Assembly: GCA_964016885.1 (NCBI GenBank)
Contig: OZ024742.1
Location: forward strand, 112,716,001 to 112,780,000
From: Eledone cirrhosa
Taxonomy: Eukaryota
Direction of reading: 5' to 3'
Length of the DNA: 64,000 nucleotides
The position numbers and the translations under genes are program-made. A model generated the notes under the pieces. The model saw only the letters and a list, made by a program, of their open reading frames with translations. It was not told where the DNA came from and did no database searches. Positions 12,270 to 24,065 of the stretch are shown piece by piece (within the stretch, counting starts at the first letter, position 1; each line of letters opens with the position of its first letter).

Positions 12270-14830
12270 AAATCATAAAGTAGGCGAGAAACGTTGCATG
12301 GGCCTGAGACATAGAATAAACTTAAACAGTTTCGATATAGTGATGGAAAAAAGAAACAGCGATTTAAGGCAAAATTCAATTTGGGTAGCTGCTATACAAA
12401 TAGACACAACGAACAGATGGTTCTCTTCAAATCGGAACATGCTCTTTAGAACTCTGTTAGGTGAAAATGGCAAACAAGTTGCACCTAGTGCTGAAGCACC
12501 CACATAATTCTGATTAAATATATACGAGGTTGAATAGAGCATAACAAAAATGCGGAATTGGTAATTGAAATTGAGTGTAAGATATCTAGCGAACGAAAAC
12601 ATAGATGGGAATGAATAATCAGGGAAATACTTTAAGAGGAAGCAAGAAAATGTCAAACTTGAAATCTCATGAACAAGGATTCTGGTTTATAATAGTTAAA
12701 TATGTTCATTTATCACGTAAAATAATGTGTAGTACATGAAGTTCTACATTGGATGATTGACGGAAAACAACACAAACAAGGAAGGATGAGATACAGAGGT
12801 CCGTTAGGTGGAAGGTGTAGGCTGATTGCATAGGAAGTACAGGAAGCCGTTGACAGATATATTTGCTGCAAAAGTAGATGATCACTTACTTCAAAATGAG
12901 AGGCTGTCTGTCGAGTAGAAGGTGTGTAGAAAACATTCTCATTGCAATATTGGCTATCAGGTATAACTAAAATTACATCTTAAGAATTTATGCATAGCTT
13001 GGAAAGATTATAATAAAAACTTTCGCATGGTCCCACATTCATGGGTACTGAAATATTTGAGAATATTTAGGATTGCAGACTATGGTAATAATATAAAAGC
13101 CTCTACTTTGCACCAGGGAACACAAACCTGCATGGAGGAAATAAATTCCTAGGTGTGATGAATATAAGGAGATGAATATTTGAAGGAGATTCCTTCTTAC
13201 GACAGTCTTTGTGATTGCAATGGTTTCACTATCGATTGTCTTATGGTATACAGATATTGGCCATCAGATGGAAAACAGTAAACCTATGATCAATCATTTA
13301 CTTTTTAAGAATTATTTCTACTTTTGGCACAATGTCAGCAATTACACAGTACATTACTGGTACTTTATTTTATCGACCCCGTAAGGATGAAAGGCAAAGT
13401 TAACCTCGACGGGATTTGAACTCAGACCGTAGAGGGACGTAACTATGCTGGAAAGCATGGCGTCCGACTCTCTATTGATACTGCCAAATAATGATCTGGA
13501 GCCCAGTGGTGTCGCGAATCATCGGGATGGAGTTTGATATTGCAAGAATTACCACCCTGACTATAAAGAGATTTTAACGCGTACATTATAGTGTCATTGA
13601 TTTACCTGATTAATAGTCGATTGTTTACCCCGTGAATAATGCATTCAAATATTTGGGAGTTGTTTAGCTTCAGTTGTAAATGGAAATACGAATGGAAATA
13701 TGAAGGAAGTCTAACTAAATGAACTAGAAGTGGTATTAAAAATAAAATAAAATCGGAATAACTCAGTTTTCCCTATCAATGTATGGGCTATGAAAGTTAT
13801 TATATTAGTGGAACAATGATGGATTGCAGAGGTTGGATAGGCTAAACTGAAAGAATAGGCTTGACAATGTTGCCATGATTCCAAAGGGAAATGTCATCAG
13901 GCTATGTACACCACGTAACGTAGGAAGACAAGGATTCGTAAGTTTGAAAGATTGTGTGGCTAATAAAAGCAGGACGTTTATATTGATATTTGGCCAGTAG
14001 TAAAGACGATGTTTTATAGTATGTATGCTGCCAAAAGCAAAGGCCTATGCATTGAAACCATTAAAGATAAAGAAAATTGCAAACAAGCTGCTGGCTGAGA
14101 AGCTGATCACAAGAGAGGATATGGAATTACATGGTCAAATTGAAGGGGAAATTAAGGATGTTAAAGTAGTAGGCTCTTTGTAGAATTCGTTGACAACAGG
14201 GGACAGAACGTTTATTAACAGTAGCTGAAGATCACGCAAATAAACACAAAGGTAATAAGTAATATATGTATCCCAGATAAACCAAATAAGTACAGGTTAA
14301 GTTGAAAGGGGGTGGAATGTGTATCAGATCATGAGTGCCTGTGGTTCGCTTGTGCGTGTGGAATATATAACGCATCAGGATAATTTGTGCTGATATCTCC
14401 ACTGGAGTTTATGCAAGAAATATGGGTTTACAAAAACCGAGAAGTGGTATTACGACAAACCAGAAAAGGCCCTAAAATATCAAACTGGGAAATTCTCGTG
14501 GGAGTTCAAAATTGAAACATATAGGGCACTTCAACCTACAAAGCCAACAACCTTTGGGTGAAGAAACTTAGAGAAAGGAGGTGTTTGTTGATCGAAGTAG
14601 TTTACACATGAATAGAAGAGAAAACGAGAAAACAGCAAAGTATGCAGATTTGAATATTTGAAAATAGATTTTGAGAGAATGCAGGATCGGAAAACAAGAG
14701 TGGGATCAACTGCGATTTGAATACTTGATTCAGTGGCAGAAACCCTTCCAAAAATCCGTGGTAATATTGGAATCAGTCCATGTATTACGACATAGTAAAA
14801 TAATCACTTTAGCGAACAGCAAGTATCCTA
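12270..14830 (+). mobile_element. Heavily decayed R4/Dong-like element (family C)
   Basis: Collinear motif remnants: NLCIAWKDY..MVPHSW (~12985-13045), IFEGDS, INHLLF, KYLGV (~13650), YLHWSLCKKYG..EKWY..KPE (~14390-14465). Confidence 0.75.
13313..13489 (-). mobile_element. tRNA-derived SINE inserted antisense into the RT motif of family C
   Basis: Homologous to 4878-5058; B box GAGTTCAAATCCC on the minus strand; AAT on both sides. Confidence 0.85.
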
Positions 14831-15289
14831 CTGAAAGCGAGGGTGGACACTATTTTAAATGGTTGCATACCCTGACTCCAATATTTTGCATTGTTGACGT
14901 AATTAAAACACCTAGATAGCGATCTGCTTACTGAATGCTTTCGCAAATTTGTTTGCACGTAAAATCTAAAGAGACCGGATCAGCATATTCGTTTTGCGAC
15001 AATATCCTATACATATATTTACAAGCATGAACTAAATGTCTAAAACCATTACAAATCTTTAATTCGAATTCGAAAATATCCCATAAGATTACAAGCATCG
15101 AATGAGAGATTCTAAAATATATCATAGCAATGTAGATATCTGGAATGACAGCAATAAATAGCACACTAGCGAGGTCTTGAGAACATTCCTCTAATAAACT
15201 TTGGAATAACTTTGTCTTTCTGAACTGAAACTTTTGCTCAGTACATTTTCCCCATGCAATTTTCAGATGAGTTATCATACGCCATTGTT

Positions 15290-15710
15290 GAACCTAACAA
15301 TGGCTATTATCTGACTTATGACCTTTCGGTTCTCAGTCTGCTTGCTGAACATGTCAGAGCAATGTGAATTGTCTTCAATCAGCTTTTCACCTTTGTCATA
15401 GGATTTGAATGACCTTTGTGGCTTCAAAGGCTGCTATTGCTAATATGAAGTCTTCTTTTCAACTTCCACTTTGTATATCTTTCCTCCCTTCCATCTATCT
15501 CTTTCTTTCTTTCTCTCAACCCCCTCTCTCTCAATCACTCTTCTCTCCCTCTTTCTCTCTCATAGACTCCTTAACTTATGCTCTCTACAATTTCTTCTTG
15601 ATATTTCCCTTTCCTTCTTTTTACATGCATTGTTCAAATTCTCCAGCCGCAGTGACCTTTGTTCGGTGCAAATTAATGCTAGTGATACCTGAACAATAGT
15701 GAACATTAAA
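15290..15710 (-). mobile_element. Possible decayed 3' part of an RTE-clade LINE
   Basis: Weak protein remnants only; collinear with and downstream of the RTE RT fragment at 18800-19310. Confidence 0.3.
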
Positions 15711-16882
15711 CATATTAAATCAAAAACAGAATATACTTATTCATTAATTATTCATAATATTACATTTTAAATAATTCTCTATTTTCAATTGTTTCTACGT
15801 CGATATGTTTTAATACTCGTTTCTAAATATTTAATCCGGGATATAACAGAACGTAAACAGCGTTTGATACTATGTTGTATATGTTTATATTCCATCTACA
15901 TTTGAACGATTACTATAAATATTTTGAACGATTCATATGCAAACAATAATAGCGGCTATACAAACCTTTGCTAAAATGTCAATTTGGAACTGAAATCGTA
16001 ATACATTAAAGTTTTTTGATTCGTAATTCTCAAATGTTATACTACCTGTCAATATACACGATTACATAGGAACTAAAAACGACTGACACAGGCCTCAGTT
16101 AGATGTAATCCCATATGATCTATATTGTGTTTAAAACCTACACAAAGTAACTATGATATGATAACTTAGATAAGTAAAAAAACTTACAATATATGATAAT
16201 ATATAAAATAAAAGTAAAATACATCGAAAAAAATGTTATGCATTCAGCAACGAAAATCTAACTGTGCAAAAGAAATATGTCATTTTGCACTGTTGAAATA
16301 ATTCCCCATTTTATGTTATAATATAAAATTGTACTTGTTTCTCCAGTGATTCTCATACTTATTTATTCTTACATACGTTAAATGGCTAGTAATTTTGTTC
16401 GTACCGAATGTTTAGTATTACTATATTTCGATTCCCATGATAATATCGTCATTTTAATTATAATAACCATTGAGATTTATCACACCAGCGTTCATTTACT
16501 GATGTATTTCTTTTTTTTAGAAAATACGAGCTAATAGAAGGCATAAGAGAATGACAAAATATATCCATCGTAACTTTGATAACAATGAAAATTACGATTA
16601 CATTTTTTACATACACTTTTAAAAGTCGCTCATTCTGATTAGATATGTCACTTTTTATAATCAGTTTTGTATATGGCATCCACTTTAGTATTATTATAAA
16701 AACGTTGGAAAGAGGAACTTCATTAATTATATGAAATCTGATAGAAAATGAAATGAGAATTTGTCGATTTGAATTCTACATCATAACTATACAAAAGTTG
16801 CGTACGTTTGAGAGTGGCTCATGTGTTACTGCACTAGTCCAGATAAACAATACATACAACTCATTCAGAAACACACACACAC

Positions 16883-16883
<1 letters not shown>

Positions 16884-16941
<58 letters not shown>
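16884..16941. repeat. (TA)n microsatellite
   Basis: Direct sequence. Confidence 0.95.
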
Positions 16942-16943
<2 letters not shown>

Positions 16944-17735
16944 ATAATATTAATAAATGGAAACTATCTTTATTAAACCATATTTATTTGATCTATATAT
17001 ATAAAACTGAGGATGTATGTGTGTGTGTGTGAGTTTGAATTCGTAAAACTAGAGAAACACCCAACCGACTGTTTTCAAACATTACACATGTAGTACTTAT
17101 GTTTCAGGGAGTGTTCTGAGCAACAATAATTTCAAATGTTCAATGTGGTAGGGACAAATTAAATAACTCATTGCTTTTATATATATATAGTGGTAGAACA
17201 GGCGATTTAGCGATCTCTCTCTATAATTCTTAGACTTTCTCTTTTTAGAGAGATACATACATATAACGTCGCGCCCTTATAACATCTGTCTGTATGTCTG
17301 GCTGACTGCATTACGCCACTTCCTACAATTCGCTCTGCGTCCAGAAAGCGCCCTTATCATATCTGGCTGGCTGCTGCCTCCGGTTATTCTTCCACCCTCG
17401 CCCAAGACAAATCGCACACTCATTCCCCAAACAGTTGGTAAGTGCACACAGCTTCTTCCTCACGTTTTAAGCCACAGTGTTGCTTACTTACGTACCGCCA
17501 GACCCTTATGTCTTTGCCAGCCGTGGTTGTGGCAATACTAAGCTTAGCTAAGGCGGTTATATATTTCACAATACCTGATCCCGTGCAACGCCGGGTACCA
17601 CTGCTAGTTATATATATTTCAAGGGGTACCAAAAGAGTTGGTGCCCTTGAAATATATTTAATAAAATAAATATGGTTTTATAATTATAGTTTCCATTTAT
17701 TAATATTATTAATATTATTAATATTATTGATATAT
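16940..17735. repeat. ~50-bp repeat termini in inverted orientation (16940-16990 and 17662-17735); third copy at 20268-20322
   Basis: TATTAATAAATGGAAACTAT....TA.AAACCATATTTATTT and its reverse complement, each next to TA-rich sequence. Confidence 0.75.
16991..17140 (+). mobile_element. Possible non-autonomous Helitron-like 5' end
   Basis: A|TCTATATATATAAAA start followed by (GT)n resembles Helitron-type non-autonomous elements; no 3' CTAG end located. Confidence 0.35.
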
Positions 17736-18437
17736 TATTGATATATACAAGAAGAATCTTGTATGTGTTTCGAATCTGTTATAAACTAAATTTGTTGAAT
17801 AACCAACAAATTAAATAACTCATTGCATATATATATATATATATATATAGTGGTAGAACACTGGAAGGTAATATCCGTATTGGTACGTGGGCCTAGTTAG
17901 GTAGAAGTGGTTACACAACAGTCAGTTCATCATACCGAGAACAATTGTTTCACCTTAACGGATCCTGAGCTCGTAATGGACATGGTTATACGGAACAGGC
18001 AGGAAACCGTACGAATGCGCATGCGCAGAAACCCGTCACTTCACACAGGCAATACTAAAATGCGTGCGAGAGGTGTAAGGGAGATAACTGCGAAAGTTCG
18101 AAAGGTTTCCAGTTGATAAGAACATTATGATGTTGTTGTAATTCAATCCCGAGCTTTGTAGTTATGTAAGAGGTGGTTCGAGACGTGTGGAAACGTGTGA
18201 AAATTCATTTCTCGTGTTTATGCAATCACTATTGCCTAATCTCTTTCGAATATTTATTCGTTCATCAATACATAGTCCACACGACGGATTTCTCCTTACG
18301 TATGGCTTGGACTTAGTGATGGCTTTCCGAGTCTATACTTGAGTCATTGAGGGACCATACGTGGCTCGCGAGTTTCGTGGATGAACGTCTGTCCGGGTAC
18401 CTAAAGGTCGACTGGTGGTTCAGGAAACGTTCCTTAA

Positions 18438-18442
18438 ATATT

Positions 18443-18497
<55 letters not shown>

Positions 18498-18658
18498 CTG
18501 CGTGTGTAGATAAATATATATATATATATATATACTTTGGTGCGTTATGGTCCACCTGGTTCCTTACCACATTTCCTTCGTTATATATATATAGAGAGAG
18601 ATAGGGATAGTGAGAGAGAGAGGAGGAGAGAGAGAGTGAGAGAGAGAGATAGATAGAT

Positions 18659-18689
<31 letters not shown>

Positions 18690-18700
18690 GAGAGAGAGAG

Positions 18701-18777
<77 letters not shown>

Positions 18778-18780
18778 TAT
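18438..18780. repeat. Compound (TA)n/(GT)n/(GA)n microsatellite containing a ~55-bp dispersed repeat tail at 18535-18592
   Basis: TGGTGCGTTATGGTCCACCTGGTTCCTTACCACATTT.CTTCGT recurs at 53571-53614. Confidence 0.85.
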
Positions 18781-18799
18781 GTATAATTTTCTTCTTCAT

Positions 18800-19310
18800 C
18801 CACTTCATACTGACAGCTTCAAGAAGAAATTGTAGAGACCATAAGGTTCAGATGACTCAAACATTCCTAACAGTATGTGACGCTGGAATCACACCCTGAG
18901 CATACTTCTTTCACCAATGATTCATCTCTTAAAATTGCACTTCCTAGATGAACAAAGTACTGACAACAGTTAGATAAACACCAGGAGCCGGAGAAAACAT
19001 AATATTTCTTTTTCTTAACCTAATTTTTCTACAAAAAAAAAACGTTCTGAATATTGCATAGAATCAGATACATCAGCATAGAGAAGTTCACGAACCATTG
19101 ATAGGAGCTTTCTACCATTGGCCTTCTACCAATAGCTTTCTAGTAGTCCTATACCTAATACAAAGCCCAATATCACAGTTCTCAAATGACGTGACAACAA
19201 AACAAATAATTTGCAAAATCGATAAAAAAAACTGTTGCCATGGGAACCACATGATTGCTATATAAACCGTTGTCATGCAATGCACCATATATTAGGCGTG
19301 TAATATCATT
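18800..19310 (-). mobile_element. Decayed RTE-clade LINE RT fragment
   Basis: Minus-strand MVRELLYADVS (~19065-19100) and YFVHLGSAILRDESLVKEV (~18900-18960) match the RTE RT motifs ELLYADD and F.YLGS. Confidence 0.65.
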
Positions 19311-19645
19311 TGGTGATATTGTTTTGGTTACAAACACTATACAGTAAGTTCTACCTTACCAGCATCCTACATACGAACAACCGCAGATATGAACAGTCTC
19401 ACGAAGAAACAAAAGATTGTCTCAGTTGGAAATTCGCGACTTTGTGGGCTATTTCGGGCTTTAAGTTCTTTCATAAAAAAGGGTTCCTTCTTTTGCAGCA
19501 TACAAACAAGTCGAAAACAAACCTACGGTATGGGATACCATTCTGTTTTTGCAGAATTGAAAAAAAGCAATCTATTTTAAACAATTTATCGTCATTAGTT
19601 ATTCAGTATTTAAAGACATATATAAACCTGTTATCCATAAACATG

Positions 19646-19651
<6 letters not shown>

Positions 19652-19730
<79 letters not shown>
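19652..19730. repeat. (TA)n microsatellite
   Basis: Direct sequence. Confidence 0.95.
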
Positions 19731-19734
<4 letters not shown>

Positions 19735-20193
19735 ACGTTTGTCCTCATCAGTGGCCTTCCAACCGTCGTAGGCATTTCGTCGCATTAAAGGCCATATACC
19801 TCAGGTTGGTGCGAGCAACGGCTAAAAAGAGTCGTTGGGACACGTAAATAAGGGGGACGCTAGAGTAAACAAACAAAATGGTTTAAGCAACAGAAAGTGA
19901 TGAAGAAGAAACAAGTCCCAGATTTCTATGAATATAAATTCGGTGGAATCGTGAATGAGAGAATAAAGACCATCAAACCTGGTTGAAATGTGAGCAAGCA
20001 AGGAATTTCGCACAGGTCTAACGGGAGGAAGAAGGGGTCTGGTCTACGAATTCGGTAAACATAAGTTCTGTGAAGTCGTAGACGAGAGAGAGAGAGAACA
20101 AAAATTCATACCGGCTTGGCAAGTGCCCGCGAGAAAAGGATTACGGACAGGTCAAACGGGAAGAAAGGGGAGGAGGAGAGGTAGCGACAGAGA

Positions 20194-20197
<4 letters not shown>
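19731..20197 (-). mobile_element. Short element between two (TA)n tracts, possibly a Penelope-like 3' UTR/pLTR fragment
   Basis: Pyrimidine-rich on the minus strand, with an internal repeat (TTCTTCC..CCGTT.GACCTGT); ends in CCACTGATGAGGAC, the 5' half of a hammerhead core. Confidence 0.4.
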
Positions 20198-20271
<74 letters not shown>

Positions 20272-20638
20272 ATTAATAAATGGAAACTATATTTATAAAA
20301 CCATATTTATTTCCTTATACATATCTCAAATACACCACGTTACATTATGGTGTGCTTTCATCAAATAAAATATAATATAGATCAGTTTTATAAATAAATA
20401 TTGACATACCCTTAAAGAATGCAACCATTACTGTTGGAAGCTCCCGGATAGTGGATTTGTAGCTTTAATTATATTATTAGTATTGGATATTTTTATTTTT
20501 AAAATAAGCCGTTGTGTTACGGAGAAAGAGAAAGATAGAGAAGGAAAGACAGGTTTTTACTCCAAATATTTGTTGAGTGCTATATATCAGTTATAAAAAT
20601 ATTTGCTTGTTGTATCCCAACAATTTAAATAGAACTTT

Positions 20639-20679
<41 letters not shown>

Positions 20680-20730
20680 TCATCATCATCATCATCATTT
20701 TACGTCCGCTTTTCCCTGCTTGCAAGGGTG

Positions 20731-20817
<87 letters not shown>

Positions 20818-20895
20818 TTACAATAATCAAAGTTCAGTTTAAATCATTTATTTGCTTACAATTGTTTCCTCCAAACCGAGGTTTGGATTCTTCAG

Positions 20896-21129
20896 ATATT
20901 TCTCTGATATCATCTTTTTACAAAATTTGGTTATGCAGTCAAACCCCAACTTACGAACGATTTATATTCCAAGAGGCCGTTCGTTAGTTGATTTGTTCGT
21001 AAGTTGATCGTCTATCTCAGTACCGATATGATATATTGATTGATATTGCAGGTTTCCATATAAATCGTTCGTAAGTTGGGGTGTAACTGCATAACCAAAT
21101 TTTGTAAAAATCTGATATCATAGAAATAT
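20896..21129. mobile_element. MITE-like inverted repeat (~70-bp arms) with a Tc1/mariner-pogo-like core at 20936-21089
   Basis: Arms 20896-20966 and 21059-21129; CAGTCAAACCCCAACTTACGAAC...GTTCGTAAGTTGGGGTGTAACTG. Confidence 0.7.
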
Positions 21130-23839
21130 TTTTTACACCCGGTTGAACTTCTACCATTTTCATCGTAATGGTGAAATGTTTTTCGAAATAAGAAAATTTT
21201 AGGAAAAGAAACAAAATCTCAATGAAATAGCTGCTTCTTTCAAAGTTTATACATCAAAAAAACGAGGCGGGTAGGCTCACAAAGCACACCCTCATTCCCG
21301 GGGGGTAATGTGGTCACTACATACATTGACTTACTGATATGAGCTTTCGATGGACAGACAAAGTGTATATGGTAATGAAAAGCTATGATGTTTACATGTT
21401 TTTATTGATTATCGACCAGGTTCTGACGTTTCACAGTTGAATGACTAAAAATCCCTACGGATGCTATGTAACTGATTACAGCATCGATCTAATGTATTAT
21501 CATGTCTGAAGATCAGATCGACGCTGCAGCCAAGTATTGAGCATCCATAGAGGACGTTGAGGAAATTATCTGTGAAAGGTATGTAACAGATCGATAAACA
21601 ATAAAAAAACATATAAACTGAACTTTATAGTTTTACTTTAATATCTAAATATTTACAGCTGACAATGTAGAATCTGCCAAATATGATGTGTATGGGACAG
21701 AAACCTCGCAAAAGGGCATATGTAAGGATCTGTTTTCGGAATGAAGCGGACTGCATTCGTCACTTGTTTAGGTAAGTATGGATACATATCCCAATTAGAT
21801 CGATGCTTATTCCCCAATCGCATTCCAATCATATATTTCCCTCCGTTTACGTTTGTCTCATAATACGGAAGACGATCGGAGAAAGAAAACGGTTTACAGA
21901 AAATCACATATCTATCAAATATGTGACATATGCAACCAAATTTTACCATAGATGAGTACACAGAATAGATCTTCTGCTTTGTTAAGATTGGATATATCAT
22001 ATGATGCAATTTGCAACTAGACACTCGTCTGACATTTCTCCATACAAATTTCTTTATTATATTCTTAAAGTATTCCTCTCTAGATCTTTACAACAATTTT
22101 CAGTTACATGTTGCTTAACAAAAACAAGAACAACGTCGATTTCCTTGGTTTCGCACGAACACTGGAGATAACTAGATCACACAATTCTTGATCAAAATCT
22201 TTTAAGTGCACATGATGATGAGGAAGATAATGGGCTACATTTGTTGATGTTGATGATTCTGGTGAGGGTGGTAATGATGTTGATGACGATGAGAATTGTT
22301 GATGGTGATGATACTGATATTGTTGATTGTGATCATTATAATGATAACAATGACCATGATGTAGCTCACACTTTCATTGATGTGGATAGCGAAACCGTTG
22401 TAAGGCTTTCACAATGGGAATAATGATAGCTTCGAAATATCTGAGTGAAAATGTTATCCAATAAAGAAATTGCCTTCTACCATGGTATAATGTATGAAAC
22501 AAATTATAAATATAAATAAAAGTACAAATTCAAAATGAATTATCCAATAAAACTATAAGTAAAATAACGGAGAGAAAACAAAGAAATGTTAATAGTATGT
22601 TGACCATTGAATGTGATGTAGAACTAGAGAAACAATTACCACTTCGACAGACACTCTTGAGATTTATTCATAAAACCAACAAGTAATTGCATTGTTGAGA
22701 GATACAATTGAGAATAAATATATTTATTTACAATTATTATAGTTAGACACAATCTAAATAAAATAGTAGGAACAGAGCGGCCCGTGGAATAACTGCTCCA
22801 GACTTATAAATGTATAAATAATGACATCGTTCCTGAATATAGTTAATTCTCGCATATGTACTGAGAAAAAGGGGCTTAAAAAAGAAACCGTTGATAAAAT
22901 AAATTCCGGTATTTGAATGTAATTTATGTTCGTGCATTTAGGAAGAAACGGAGGAAAAGAACCTAATAATAGGAACTTATACATGATAACTTGCCAACTC
23001 TACTACAAATCACATAATAAGATCTTTGATATATTGCGACTTGAATTACGGAGTCGATTTAAAATAAGCGAGGTAGAAAACATGTGCGACACTCATTTTT
23101 GAAACATTTTTGACAAGTGTGTTAAAATAAAAAATGTGTTCAAATTGCATAAGGGGGTCAATATACATATAGGTGTAAGCATTTGGTTGAGTTATACACC
23201 CAACATATTTAGTCTGTTATATAAAACAAATATGGTTACCTCCACAGACATTTATATGTATGCGTATATAAATATAAACATGCGTACACAGGCACACTTA
23301 GTAAAATCCACCTACATTTACACAAATACACATGCATTCACACAAATACACATAAATTCACACACCTACATTTACACAAGCACACAGATACACATTCACT
23401 CACACTGCGTAGCATAGAACACCATCAACATCTTTGCTATAGCTTTTTCACCATCCTCTTCTTTCATTTAACACTCACACAGTGTGTGACGGAAGGACGT
23501 TTCTCAAAGGTATATATAGATTGTACAACCAAATGTAGGGAATGTGAGACGCTGTTTTCTGTAGTTTATCATCACCCTCTCCTTCCACACTCATCTCTAT
23601 TGGGTGACGTTAACTCCCCTTCCGTCCATAATCATTTCTAATGCGTAACGTCATCAGCCCATTCTTTCTGCTTGTGTTATGAACGGACGGAAGTCGGTTA
23701 CATTTAAATAAAGAATACGCCCTTGAAGAACCCTCCGTAATTTCTAAAAACCTCAAATCAATCTCTGGAGTGAGACATTTTTATTTCATATTACAGGCTG
23801 AATCAGGTATGGTTTATAACTCAACGAAATTTAAATACC

Positions 23840-24048
23840 TGTTATGTTACTGTAGTAACTAATGGTACGTAAATAATCCCATTCACTGAGTGCTTTTGCC
23901 CTTCGTTATTTCTATAAAACCTATACTACAGTGTAGGTCCGACGAGCTTTTAATTCCAGAGTCGAGCTAGATCAATACAGATCGAAGCTTGAGCTGATCA
24001 ATAGCGACACGAGCGTAACTACTCAATAAACTTAAAGAAGATATAACA
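23840..24048 (+). mobile_element. Possible solo LTR
   Basis: TGTTAT...ATAACA termini, CTATAAAA near 23912, AATAAA near 24025; no target-site duplication seen. Confidence 0.3.
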
Positions 24049-24065
24049 AATCGTCCTTTCTGTTA

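Noticed and set aside
21502-21776. Exon-intron-exon-like signals (AG|GTATGT at 21579, TTTACAG| at 21658, AG|GTAAGT near 21771)
   Set aside because: The joined frames contain stops and give no recognisable protein. A non-coding or decayed transcript cannot be excluded.
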